In this document: in pieces, positions 1-10,989 of the stretch
Numbering within the stretch: position 1 is the first letter of the stretch
How the letters are laid out: each line of letters opens with the position of its first letter
Made by a program: the position numbers and the translations under genes
Source of the DNA: Candidatus Thorarchaeota archaeon
Lineage (GTDB): Archaea; Asgardarchaeota; Thorarchaeia; Thorarchaeales; Thorarchaeaceae
NCBI GenBank assembly: GCA_029855935.1
Contig: JAGSHN010000023.1
Span: 32,001 to 96,000, forward strand
DNA: 64,000 bases
Reading direction: 5' to 3'
The notes under the pieces: generated by a model
Database searches by the model: none
Seen by the model: only the letters and a program-made list of their open reading frames with translations
What the model was told of the DNA's origin: nothing

Positions 1-1
1 C

Positions 2-817
2 CCCGGTGAGATACTCCATCACGAGGGGGCGACCGGACGACGTGCACTCGCAGCCCTTCACCGGTACCTTGAGTGGGGAGGCTTCCCACGTGTCTATCTC
101 TCCTCGGACTCTCCGAACAGGAAAGATCTGCTGGAGTCGTATGTGGATGCCATCTTCTTCCGGGATGTGGTTGAGCGCCACCGAGTTCGTGACATCGAAG
201 GGGCGCGCATATTCCGAAACCTGGTAATGAAGAATCTTGCCCAGATATTCTCGGTCACAAAGGCAGCAAGATTTCTCAAGAGCATAGGTATCAGCAAGAG
301 CAAGAAGACACTCATGGAACTGCTTGAGCTGTTCCAAGAGGCCTTCCTCATCTTCGCCCTGCCGCGCTACTCAAGATCCGCTAGGGGGATTCTCCAGATG
401 CCCAAGAAGGTCTATCCCGTCGATGTTGGTCTGTTTCAGCCCTTCACCAGTTTTGGGGAATCCATGACTCGAAGACTGGAGTCCGTCGTTGCGATACATC
501 TCTACAAGCAACACCTCCGCACCGGACGCCGAATATACTACTGGCAAGACCACCGGCAGAACGAGGTGGACTTCGTTGTTGAGAGCCGCAAGGGCATCGA
601 GGAACTCATCCAGGTCTCCTATGACGTGAGTGATGAGAGGACCAGAGAGCGAGAAGAACGCTCGCTGATCAAGGCCTCAAGGGAACTCGGCTGCAAGAAC
701 CTCACGGTTGTCACTTGGGACCACACGGACACATCCGAGAGGGACGGTAGAACAATACAGTTCATCAGGCTTCTCGACTGGATAGTTGCGACGAAAGGCC
801 CCAATCCGGATGCCTGA
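2..817 (+). CDS. ATP-binding protein, AAA_14/DUF4143 family (5'-truncated by window edge)
   Basis: Frame is open from base 2 (YLEWGGFP...). It continues into RDVVERH, PKKVYPVDVG, ESVVA and the C-terminal EVDFV..IQVS motif typical of this family. Confidence 0.88.
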   Translation, partial: PGEILHHEGATGRRALAALHRYLEWGGFPRVYLSSDSPNRKDLLESYVDAIFFRDVVERHRVRDIEGARIFRNLVMKNLAQIFSVTKAARFLKSIGISKSKKTLMELLELFQEAFLIFALPRYSRSARGILQMPKKVYPVDVGLFQPFTSFGESMTRRLESVVAIHLYKQHLRTGRRIYYWQDHRQNEVDFVVESRKGIEELIQVSYDVSDERTREREERSLIKASRELGCKNLTVVTWDHTDTSERDGRTIQFIRLLDWIVATKGPNPDA

Positions 818-1822
818 GGAGTCCGTCATATTTGCCAGATCGCACTCACCCAGGCGTTCGCCTTCTCAACCCGTCCGCCCTGTAGCAAAAGCGATCCGGA
901 CAGCACTATCACAGGCGCCACACCTTGCCTACCGACCTACCACCACCGAGTTGACGATTTTTCGAAAAGCCGATGTCCCGAGGGTCTTTGATTTTCAATC
1001 ATTCTATTTTTTCTTCATTTCATTTCCTAAAGTGAATCTACTACAAATCTTCCGCTGCTCGGTCCTCTGCCTACCATTCCACGGCCCTCTCTTATTGTCC
1101 CTCTTTTCACAAACGTCTATTCCAGTTATGGCTCCCTAAGTGCCCCTTGGTGAGATGCACCATGCGATCAGCTGACCTCTGTCACCAGCGAGAGAGTCAA
1201 ATCTGCGGCATACCCACATACCGTGTTATAGGGTCTGCGAGATCAGAAAGTGGTGAAATAAGGGGGATTGACCTCGCCCGAAGCTAGCAGTACACACATC
1301 GCGAGTATGGAAGAGCGCGTGTCCCCCAGACTCGCCCCCCATCCATATTCAAGAACCGAATACAGACAAATGGATTCCATCTACTCAGAACAGGAAAAAT
1401 CTAATGCGACCGTAATATGATAGATTCGGGCCACGCTATGTGACGTATGACGCAAATACAAGTTCCTCGAATGCCGCAACTGTATGGGGACCATGAGGCA
1501 AGTCTATCAATCTACGGTTTCATAAAATACTGTATTAAGGAAGGTGTGCGGGAAAACTGTTGTCGAAAAATCGAAAGGATGTGAGTGATAGAATGATCAT
1601 CAAGTAGCAAGGAATGGACCATAGACAAGTGAATAGCAACCGTAACGTGTGAGAGTACACTTTCTCACTAGTGATAATCGAACGCCTGAAATACGCATTG
1701 AGAAGATGCGTATAGCCACGGGCTCGGTGAAATTTCCGAGGCCTAGGGAGGAACGGGAAATAGACTATGACTAGACGTGGCACACGACTTAGCATCGGCG
1801 ATCAGAAACCAAAGAAATCCAT

Positions 1823-2574
1823 ATGGAAGTCTATTGTGACGAAATCATAGGAAGTAAGGACAAAGGAACTTGGGGCGAATGGATATATCCAGGAGCGCTA
1901 CTTGTACCGGTTGACATAAGAAAAACGCTGTTACAAGAATTGCTGAATCGGCGATGTATGTGATTCAAATCGTGGAATCGTACCGAGGAATCATGTCCTC
2001 ACAAATGTGGATATTCTCCCTGACCATTCATCAGTTGTCATAGATACAATCTATCACGACAGGGGTAGTCAACAATCACACAAACACTTTCCATGGCATA
2101 CTCCACAAAAGTTGGATAATTTCGAAATTGGAATATTGGTTACAACAAAGAAGATATAGTACTTGTTGACTCGGATCATTGAAAATACAACGTCGGTGAC
2201 ATAGAAGATTTGCATGAACAATCTCAATTCATCCAATTTGTTGATTTAGTCCTTGGTTCCGGTGATACCTGTTTGCTTGCCTTATCTACTCGACGAGAAA
2301 AACCGAACTCGCTCAGATAATTTTGCCGTTGCTACAGGAAATGATGAGAGCCCCTAGAGATAAACACAGCAGATTTCACTATTATGGCCGACAACAAATA
2401 CAATTCATCCCAAAAGGACAATATCAAGCAACTGAAAATGAGTGGGTTCAGACAACAATTGATGGGAACATTAGTGAAAAACAACCTTCCCAAAGTCAAT
2501 TCTACTCAAATCGGCCAATTCTACTGAAAGCAGACGTGAAACAACATCCTCCCGACTTCTTGAGTAAAGAATAG
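1823..2574 (+). pseudogene. Decayed DUF3800-like protein
   Basis: Manual translation: MEVYCDE..WIYPGALLVP..(TGA)..IDTIYHDRGSQQSHKHFPWH..(frameshift, TGA)..SQFIQFVDLVLGS..(frameshift) into ORF 2323-2574. The N-terminal YCDE and C-terminal IQxxD motifs are DUF3800-like. Confidence 0.55.
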
Positions 2575-2582
2575 TCACATAC

Positions 2583-3266
2583 TCATCGTGGTGTAATTAC
2601 GCAGAATATACTCGACCTGTCAACTTCTACAATGCTGACATCGGCGTCAAGATCACGAGTCAGCGAGCGAAACATTGCAGGCGTCACGGTTGTAGCAACA
2701 AAACCATCTCTACACACAATCGTACCATTAGAGGTCCGCGTGTGGTCGATCTCCCCCAGCAGTCCCTCTTCTGACTGTCGCTCAAACCATTCGAGTCGAT
2801 GTTCCCAGAACTCGTCGGAATAGCTTGAGAACAAGACGGTCCCGCCGGATCGCGTGACTCGCACAGCCTCCTTGATGAGTCGTTGCCGACAGACTCCAAA
2901 GGCAGAGATCCCGTTCTGGATACAGGCAGTAATGTCAAAACATCCGTCTGGAAACGCAAGAGAGAGCGCGTCCATTGCGGCAACATCACAAGCGGGGGTG
3001 TGAATCGTTGGAACGTACCGTCTTGCAAGTTCGAGGCTCGGCAGAGAAATGTCGATACCTACGACTCTTGCATGGGATTGAACAAGTTCTGCAAGCACAC
3101 GACCATAGCCGCAGCCAAGTTCGAGGATCGTGTCACCAGAACGTACGTACGACTTGACGTGGTTAATCTCACTCTGAAGGTATCGTTGCACCCGTGGAGA
3201 GGCGATCTCATAGCAACGCCTGAGTCTTGCTCCCGACAGATTATCGACATAGTATTCTCCGCTCAA
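2583..3266 (-). CDS. Class I SAM-dependent methyltransferase
   Basis: ILELGCGYG motif I, GIDIS, MDA..L.F.DGCFD, RVTRSGG. Confidence 0.9.
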   Translation of the reverse strand: MSGEYYVDNLSGARLRRCYEIASPRVQRYLQSEINHVKSYVRSGDTILELGCGYGRVLAELVQSHARVVGIDISLPSLELARRYVPTIHTPACDVAAMDALSLAFPDGCFDITACIQNGISAFGVCRQRLIKEAVRVTRSGGTVLFSSYSDEFWEHRLEWFERQSEEGLLGEIDHTRTSNGTIVCRDGFVATTVTPAMFRSLTRDLDADVSIVEVDRSSIFCVITPR

Positions 3267-3894
3267 TAGGCCTGCACCTCATTGATCATAATCTTATGTC
3301 ATCAACTAAAAACTATGTGAAGCCATATTTGCGTCGCCAAGACACATCAGGAGCGAATCGAGTTGTCCTGCAGGGCTTGAATGAAAGTCCATATCAGATC
3401 AATACCGGAAGCAGTCTGTGCTCTTTCAGCGTCACTCGCCATCACGTGTGTGTTAGAAACGATCCTGCAGATTGGTGGATGTATTTGGTAGAAAAGGCAG
3501 GAGTTCGTGTCTGTAAGTCGCAGGATAGAGCACCAGGTACCTCAAATGTCGCGTACTCGTTTCAACACTCTTCGAGTCAGTAGGTAGAGCAAGCCCAATG
3601 AGCACATACACTCGGAAATCTGCATAGAGGTCAATCTTCGCAACTCTGCCAACTTGAAGAAAGCCGTTGAAACGACAGTCTCAAACACCCACATAACAAT
3701 GTCAATCAAAACAGAATGGGGGATGTCTATGGTAGACACTGGATAACATAGGATGATGTAGCTAACTTAATCCCTTCGGCCCTCCTTTGAAAGACGTGCA
3801 ATACTACAGCCGTGGTGCTCCTGACCTGGTCACTTCGACGTATGTATGGCTTTAGACCAATGGGCCTAAGGGAATTCCTACCTGCCAAGTAACA

Positions 3895-5010
3895 CTATCC
3901 TCCAACACCTACGCGTCTGCGCCCGAGATATTCATCGCAGTTTCCTTGTTCGCATTCAGAGTGTTGTTGACAACTGAGCAATTGATTCTGCTGCTCTTGC
4001 GACCTGTACTCAATTTGCCAACGATCCTGCTCGAACTTGAGAAATGTCAGCACATCTATGACTTCTGGTCTGTCGGAAGGTTCTTCAAACAAGCCCACAA
4101 CAACATAGCCTATAACCTTCCTGAGCACGCATTCTACTCTGTGTATGCTAACTCCTTCTAGTTTGACCGCCTTGATTATGCGTATTGCGAATTCAGCAAG
4201 CAACCGAACCAACCTTCTTGAGGAGCCTTCTTGGCGACCACGGTCAAACGACATTCTGCCGTCAGAAATACACTCTACTGCCATTCTGTGTGAACGGTTG
4301 TCCGAACCGATCTCTGTGGAATGGTGCAACATTCTTTCATCGACTGAAGAACATAGGTCGTGCTGCCAGCCACATTCAACAATCGAGGATTTGCTGGGCA
4401 CGGTCAGCTGTCTGATATCACTTTCGGAAGAGTGTCTAGACTTGTTCCCAATGGAAACGCCTACCATCGCAGCGCTTCTACAGTCATCAGCTGGAGGAGG
4501 AATCTCGCCAGCATCGTCTATCCACTGGGCAAGAAAGACCAGCAACAAGACAAGAGCTACTGCAACCCTCAGAGCCGTTTCGCCGCCTTCTTGTTGCATT
4601 CGCCATAGAAACTCATTGGTCAAGGCGACTATCTCGTCCTTCGACGGAATATGCCCGATCTGACATGCCTCCACCGCGTCCGCAGCCAATCGAGCTAGCG
4701 AGCTTTGATTCATTGAACGAAGAAATTCCACTACGTCTTGGGGGGTGCGGAGGGTCGGCACCGTGTCAACGGTGTCCGGGGAGAAAAAGAAATGTTGAAT
4801 AAGACCACTGTCAGGTTGGCAACCTTCATCCAGCAGATGCAATATGTGTGTAGCAATGCGACGCACTTGTTCCGGACGCATACCCTTGAGCGGGATGGGA
4901 AAGTTCTGTGGATGCACCTCTCTCAGGAGTTGCTCGGCTATTTCAAAGACAGCCATCGCCTCAGAAGAAATCTCTGGTAGAGAGCTTGTTTCGTCCTTGA
5001 ATATACTCAC
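3895..5010 (-). CDS. Hypothetical protein with one central hydrophobic segment
   Basis: 371-aa ORF with a TATATA element about 50 nt upstream on the minus strand and the hydrophobic stretch VAVALVLLLVFLAQW. No family recognised. Confidence 0.5.
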   Translation of the reverse strand: MSIFKDETSSLPEISSEAMAVFEIAEQLLREVHPQNFPIPLKGMRPEQVRRIATHILHLLDEGCQPDSGLIQHFFFSPDTVDTVPTLRTPQDVVEFLRSMNQSSLARLAADAVEACQIGHIPSKDEIVALTNEFLWRMQQEGGETALRVAVALVLLLVFLAQWIDDAGEIPPPADDCRSAAMVGVSIGNKSRHSSESDIRQLTVPSKSSIVECGWQHDLCSSVDERMLHHSTEIGSDNRSHRMAVECISDGRMSFDRGRQEGSSRRLVRLLAEFAIRIIKAVKLEGVSIHRVECVLRKVIGYVVVGLFEEPSDRPEVIDVLTFLKFEQDRWQIEYRSQEQQNQLLSCQQHSECEQGNCDEYLGRRRVGVGG

Positions 5011-5817
5011 TAGGAACTACTCCTCTGTCTTTTACTACTATCCTCATAATGGCTGAACTATATATACCCCGTCAGGAGCAGAGCAGAAGATCTATGCTCA
5101 TTCATCTGGGGCCTCGGGGGGAGATTGCTACTGTATTTGGCTGTTCATCTCTTCATATCACGCTCGGGGCAATGACTTGATTTGTGCGCGTATTCATTAT
5201 CGGCTCTGGCAATTGAGAGTTCGTACTGTCTGCGCATACGCCTCTGCAATGCCCTACGATGAGAACATAGCGACAATTTTCATCTCAAGTCGACGGATGA
5301 ATCTCTTATAGAAAGGAGGCTAATTCCCCCAGATTGGGGCAACTCGAGCCTTGACTCCTTGATAGCTAGCTACTAGATAGCCCAACAAGAGTCCGGAGGC
5401 GTGGGACTATATCCCTCATCCTATGTTCATCTCCGCTGACCGAATGTATGACACCGTGGACCTCAAATCGCCATCCGCGCTCGCCCAGCGGGATGGCCCA
5501 GCACAGCTCTTCAGAATATGAGATCGACAAGCCAGAGACGAATGACTATCTCAAGTTGAGCCTCCAAGGGCTATGCTCTTCTGATGCTGACCGAACAGAA
5601 TCGTGACCATATCCACAAGAGGACAAGAGCTAATGAGCCTTGCAGTCCAATCTCTCAGCCTTGATAGTCACAATGGTAGTAGTGGCTCTTGAAGGCGCGT
5701 GAATGTTACCAGTTCGTCGAGAGGAGTAGGCCAAATATCTTGTTCGGACGTGTCTTCGAACGAGTACCCGTGAGGAAAGAAGAGAGAATACGCAAAGAGG
5801 AACAATCCATTGCGGCC

Positions 5818-6342
5818 CTAGGAGTTGCGGGAAGATCTCAACAGACTCACTGACTCAAGCACCTTTCTAATCCATTGCTTCGAGTACTTTTGTTTGAGTG
5901 CTGCTACTATGTCAACAATCGTGTCAAAGTCGCGTTCGTTGAACACTCTCTTCACAAACAGCGCTGTGGCAATCACTGACAGCTGTGTTGCGGTATATGA
6001 TCCAAACTCCTCGACTAGCGTATCAATCACCTTCATTTCATTTTCGGCTAGGAAACTAGCGAGCTCGGCTTCTCTCTTAGGAGAAATGAAATACCCCTTG
6101 TCAGAGTCCCACAAGATCCTAAGCCATCCCATTGCCTGAGCCAAGTTGGTAAAACTTGTCACCTTCGGAGAGTATGGTCCGTAGTGATACAGCGAATACC
6201 CAAGGTCCGTGCCGCCCTTCGCATCAAACAAGTACATTAGTTTCTGGATTTTTGTTCTCCCTATTTGCTTGTCAGGATGTCTTGCATATAATTTCCTTAC
6301 GAGATAGTAGACCAGAGCAGGACCCTTTAGCAGACTCTTCAT
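5818..6342 (-). CDS. YwgA-like / Panacea(SocA)-like winged-helix protein
   Basis: GRTKIQKLMYL and YSLYHYGPYS motifs. ATG at 6342 lies 4 nt after the HD gene stop. Confidence 0.75.
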   Translation of the reverse strand: MKSLLKGPALVYYLVRKLYARHPDKQIGRTKIQKLMYLFDAKGGTDLGYSLYHYGPYSPKVTSFTNLAQAMGWLRILWDSDKGYFISPKREAELASFLAENEMKVIDTLVEEFGSYTATQLSVIATALFVKRVFNERDFDTIVDIVAALKQKYSKQWIRKVLESVSLLRSSRNS

Positions 6343-6346
6343 CTCT

Positions 6347-7603
6347 TCACAGACCTCCAGTATCCCTTGCTCGTTCCAGATCAGACGCATTGACATAGAT
6401 TCTCGTCTTTGCATATTTGCCTTGTAGTGCTTCCACTATGGGGGAATACGTTGAGAGAGGATAAATACGCCCCTCTTCTTTCTGAATGACCTGAATCTCT
6501 TCATTCTCAAGCCCATACCAAGTATTCATCTCTCTAAGACTATCCTCCCAGTACCATATTCCGTTTGCGGAGAGCTTTGACTTCAGCCTGCTCAGCCTAT
6601 CCTGTTCTTCTGATTGTATGCAAAGACCCCTTGTTTCATATAGAACTCGGGGGTGGTCTCTATTAATGATTCTTGTTAGTTCATCTTGCGCCTCTTGTCT
6701 CATGAGCTCCCACGCTGAGTAGTCATCAATCATCAGGAAGTCTTGGATGTCCTTTGGCGATGGAAGTTGGACTATTGCTTGTTTCAGTGCCTGTTGAAGA
6801 AGGTAGTCATATGCTCGTCGAGTTTTGTGACAATACACTTGGGTGAACATATGGTACCTAGAAATAAGCAATGACTCCGCAATGTGCCATCCACCCTTCC
6901 TTACGCCAAGAACAACATCGCCGGTCTCAGGATCGACACCAAGTCCAAGAGTAACAACTAGTCGCTCCAAGTCATAGATGCCATACTTGACTCCTGCGTG
7001 CAGAGAGTCTCTCAGGAGGTAGTCACATCGGTCGGCATCAAGCTGACTTGATATCAGAACCTTCCAAAATAGTCTTCCCTTGAGCCTCTTGGGGTTCCCG
7101 ATTATCAAGTCTGCTATTTCTTCAGATTGGATTCCGTAGTTCTGGTTCAAGGGATGGTCTTCGATGACTTGCTTCAGTGGTCCATTGATGATTGAGACAG
7201 TATAGTCTTCGTGCTTATACTGCCTTCCAGTGGTCGGATTCGTTTGCATCAGTTCCTCGGACGCGTGAGAGAATGGCGGATGCCCCAGATCGTGAAGAAG
7301 CCCAGCAAGACGAACAATCTGGCGGTCCCTCTTGAAGCCAGCCTCCTCGTAGTCTAGATTGTCCCGAAGTATTCTCCTATTTTCTTCGTTTCCTATAATC
7401 GAGTCATACATTCGCGTTATCAGACGCATGACCCCGAGTGAATGTTCAAACCTAGTATGAGTTGCACCAGGATACACCATGTCCGTCAGACCAAGCTGGC
7501 GTATTCTCCTAAGTCGCTGAATAGATGGGTGTGCTATGATCTCCTTTTCCCACTCATTGAACTTCACGAAGCCGTATACTGGGTCTCGAACCTCGAACTT
7601 CAT
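6347..7603 (-). CDS. HD-domain phosphohydrolase, SAMHD1/YwfO-like dNTP triphosphohydrolase family
   Basis: RDPVYG, QRLRRIRQLG, VYPGATHTRFEHSLG, LLHDLGHPPFSH, LDADRCDYLLRD, VYCHK. Start placed at MKFEVRDP. Confidence 0.92.
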   Translation of the reverse strand: MKFEVRDPVYGFVKFNEWEKEIIAHPSIQRLRRIRQLGLTDMVYPGATHTRFEHSLGVMRLITRMYDSIIGNEENRRILRDNLDYEEAGFKRDRQIVRLAGLLHDLGHPPFSHASEELMQTNPTTGRQYKHEDYTVSIINGPLKQVIEDHPLNQNYGIQSEEIADLIIGNPKRLKGRLFWKVLISSQLDADRCDYLLRDSLHAGVKYGIYDLERLVVTLGLGVDPETGDVVLGVRKGGWHIAESLLISRYHMFTQVYCHKTRRAYDYLLQQALKQAIVQLPSPKDIQDFLMIDDYSAWELMRQEAQDELTRIINRDHPRVLYETRGLCIQSEEQDRLSRLKSKLSANGIWYWEDSLREMNTWYGLENEEIQVIQKEEGRIYPLSTYSPIVEALQGKYAKTRIYVNASDLERARDTGGL

Positions 7604-8825
7604 CACGATATCCACACCCCAGCGCCACACTTCTTCACGTTGCGATATGTGCCCCGATTGCAATACGGAATAAATGAGGATGAAATTCCAGACAAACAGA
7701 GAACAAGATCAGAATCACTTCTTGAGCCCTGACGTTCGCAAGATGGTCGTATTCCAATCCAATTCCAAAACGTGAAACTCACAGGTGATGTATGGCCCTC
7801 TCTTTTGGCAGCCCGTTCGGCTACGCCAGTTCGTACGAGCACCGTATTCTTCGTGATTGACGTCATGGTCACTGTTCGCATACTCCCCAAGATTCGTTGT
7901 CAGCCCACTTTCCCGCTCGAATGAGCAGAATACAGGGTACGAACACCATATGAATACTTGTGCGATCCTGGCAGCCAGTTGAGGGAATCCGCAACTCTTC
8001 TATTTCAATCCACTGTCAAGAAAACGGCTGGGGCTACAATGACACGGTCCCGACCACGAACCGCAGTCAAGCCCTCCATTGCCTGAGGGCCTAATAGTGA
8101 CTCCGAAATTGATGCTGCGCACAACAAGATGACTGACCAAACAATCTCCCAGAGGGGGTATCGTTGCCTGTGGTCCGAGGAGCAAAGTTGCTATCACAAC
8201 GAAAGCTCAGTGTGGCTGTAGCTGAGCTACTCAACCCGATCTACCTTACGAATCGTATGCACACGGGCATTGCCATATCCTTCCTAGACCGAGCGTTCCG
8301 CCTAGCAGATTTCGGTAGCGGGTCGAAGTACCTCTCGGCTACTCCAAGCGTATCGGGGAGCAAACGTGCATAACCACCGGACTTCGTTCATTCCTGTTCA
8401 AGCGCAGCAATGGTGTCATCGTCAAACTCTTTGACATCATCGGAGAACCCAAGAAGGCTGCAAGCCTAGCGCTCCCAGCTTCCACAACGTGTTTCTTCCT
8501 GCTTGAGCCAACCGTTCACGTAGGCAGTTCAATTATTGACGAGAGTAAGCAACAGCACCGCCTGCCCACAGGTCAACAGAGTTGAAAAGTAGCTGGATAG
8601 CAAAGACATCCGAGCGCTTTGATAGGCTCAGCCCACATAGGGGCTTGAGAAGAATGCCCGTATTGCCAGAAATCACCAAGCCCCTGGGAATTGGATAGAC
8701 ACAGACGCTCGACTGCTAGCCAAGTCACATCAACTGCAAGACAGCCAAGGAATGGGTGAAGGCGCAGGTAGAACTATGGGAGTTTTGTCACCATAGGCGA
8801 GACATCAGAAACAAACGTTGATTGT

Positions 8826-9305
8826 CTAGCCAATCAACGTGAATCCGTCAAAGATACTGCAGCCGCAAGGTACTATCCGCAAAGGGAAACTAGGCGTTCC
8901 CAGAATCCTCTTTACCAGAGACAAGTTATTCGCAACAAAATCGCATATGTTCTGTGGGAGAACCAATATGTGACGGTAGTTGGGATTTCTCACGCCCATG
9001 CAGTCCAGCAACCCACCAAGAAATCCTTCAGTTTCCTTGAACTTGCTATCAAGACTGCGGATGGCTTCAGAAAAGGTTGATTCCTCAGCAATGTTCTTGA
9101 GTTCCACCAGGAATGCGGTGCATTTGTCATCCTCGAACATAACGTAGACTACATCGCAATGGGCCAAGTGCATTCTCCCAAGTTCCGCGTACTTCTCGAA
9201 GTTGAGAACCAGAAAGGGCAGACCGCCCTTGAGGATGATTTTGCAGTCATTCTCTTCATACTCGGCTTCCATTCTCGGCCCATTCGTCGTCCCCGGCACG
9301 TTCAT
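8826..9305 (-). CDS. Putative PD-(D/E)xK-fold nuclease, partner of the upstream ATPase
   Basis: HCDVVYV...FLVELK resembles the (P)D...ExK motif. Overlaps the ATPase 3' end; AGGAGA precedes the ATG; alternative start at 9272. Confidence 0.6.
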   Translation of the reverse strand: MNVPGTTNGPRMEAEYEENDCKIILKGGLPFLVLNFEKYAELGRMHLAHCDVVYVMFEDDKCTAFLVELKNIAEESTFSEAIRSLDSKFKETEGFLGGLLDCMGVRNPNYRHILVLPQNICDFVANNLSLVKRILGTPSFPLRIVPCGCSIFDGFTLIG

Positions 9306-10989
9306 CGTCTCCTAAGCCTAGCGCCCACTCCAGCAGAATATCTATGACATCCGTCAGACTGGGAATGTGCTTTGTTAGCTCATCTGCGGGAACTTCTGAT
9401 ACTTCAACTCCTTCCTTCTCAGGCTTGTAGTAGTAGAACCGGATGTCAAGATCCCCTGCTCGCGCAGCGTATTCTGACAGAAGCTCAAGAGGACCGCCCT
9501 CAACAGGCACCCTCTGCATCTCCAGGAGCCTCTCTATCAGCTCACGGATCTTCTCGCTGCTGGGTCGGTGTATCTTTATGTATGCTAGGATAAGAACGAT
9601 GAGGTCACTGTGGGTACTGAAAACCACTTGGTGCTCGTACTTGCTTGCAAGCGCCGCCAGAGTCAACCCCATCAGCAATTGAGCGGCATAGTGTAGTTGA
9701 GCCTCGGGCTCCTCTATGATGATCCTTGATCTTGGACGCGTCGAGAGAACTGGCAACAGAATTCCCGCAACTTCTCCGGCCAGGGCCGAGGCCGAGTTCA
9801 TTGGCACGGCGCACGCACCCGTGGAATAGAATAGACCCTTCGCCCTTTCGTAGGTAAGTCTGCCTTGAAGAACCGGAAGAAATAGCTCAATTGCTTCCTT
9901 GTCGTAGGAACCGTCGGCAATCTTGGATCTGCCCAGGCTCAGCCACGATATGTAGGAATGCAGAACGACATCTGACTCATACAGTGTGCTGTAGCCACGT
10001 CTGTCTCTTCGAATCGGTTCTTGCGAGAGGAGTTCTAGCTGGTTGATGACGAGGCTTCGTCCGAATGGAATGAAACGTACTTCCTCTAGACCGTATGACT
10101 CAGCATACGCAGCCCTGAGCGGTTGACATATTGACTCGTCTACGAATTCCAGAAGCACGTCATCCAGCCACAATTGGATACGGTGGGGAAGGAAGGAACC
10201 TAGGACATAGCCAGGCCTGCTGGCCCTCTGGAGAATCTGACTGACTGTGGCCTCCGGACTCTTTGCCGACGAAGCAATCTTCTTCAGTTCGTCCAGCACG
10301 TTCTTCGAGAAGACCCTCTCAACCGCCCTACTGCTGGCCCTCATCGAGAATCTGAGCTCCAAAGCAATTGCAACTACTCCTTCGGGTTTCAGGTCAAATG
10401 AAACGTTCGCTTGACAGATCGTATTCCTCCTCAGGTCACCAAATTTCTCAGCATAACTACGTGGCTCCGTAGAACTCTCAGCAATCAAGTCAAGGAACTC
10501 CGGCATTGATACCGAACTATCCAGTTTCGAGTCATCTCTCACCAAGACGATATCCCGATAGAAGTCTAGATTGGGCCGCAGCAAACTATCGACAGGAATG
10601 ACGCCAGAGGCCTCTATGGTAAAGTTGAGAGTGCCATCTTCGGAGCGCCAGCGAACGTTTTCCGCACCAGTCTGTTCTCTGAAAACCTCAGCGAGATTCG
10701 GTACTTGACTCTCTAAGCCTTCAAGGCCCAACGCGTACAACGCTACCAGCGCGTACAAAGCCCTCAGCGAGTTTCGCAGATTCAGAGGCGGATAGTCCAC
10801 ATCATACGTACTTAGTAGGTTACGGAACTCAAACTCGCGTGCGTGCTCATCGAGCATTAGAGTCGAAGCATACAAGGCTCTGAGGGTATACGACTTCCCC
10901 GTATTAGGCGGCCCGAACACGACAGTTATGTCGCCAATCTCTATATCCGCCGATCGTATCGGGCCCAAGTTCTCTATGTGGAATCCCAC
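9256..10989 (-). CDS. ABC-type ATPase (AAA_15/AAA_21 family)
   Basis: IENLGPI, Walker A GPPNTGKS, Walker B/D-loop IIEEPEAQLH, H-loop STHS. Confidence 0.88.
   Translation of the reverse strand: MGFHIENLGPIRSADIEIGDITVVFGPPNTGKSYTLRALYASTLMLDEHAREFEFRNLLSTYDVDYPPLNLRNSLRALYALVALYALGLEGLESQVPNLAEVFREQTGAENVRWRSEDGTLNFTIEASGVIPVDSLLRPNLDFYRDIVLVRDDSKLDSSVSMPEFLDLIAESSTEPRSYAEKFGDLRRNTICQANVSFDLKPEGVVAIALELRFSMRASSRAVERVFSKNVLDELKKIASSAKSPEATVSQILQRASRPGYVLGSFLPHRIQLWLDDVLLEFVDESICQPLRAAYAESYGLEEVRFIPFGRSLVINQLELLSQEPIRRDRRGYSTLYESDVVLHSYISWLSLGRSKIADGSYDKEAIELFLPVLQGRLTYERAKGLFYSTGACAVPMNSASALAGEVAGILLPVLSTRPRSRIIIEEPEAQLHYAAQLLMGLTLAALASKYEHQVVFSTHSDLIVLILAYIKIHRPSSEKIRELIERLLEMQRVPVEGGPLELLSEYAARAGDLDIRFYYYKPEKEGVEVSEVPADELTKHIPSLTDVIDILLEWALGLGDDERAGDDEWAENGSRV

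Noticed and set aside
7900-8820. Short protein-like fragments on the minus strand (FSDDVKEFDDDTIAALEQE)
   Set aside because: Broken by stops with no identifiable motif, so a call cannot be supported.
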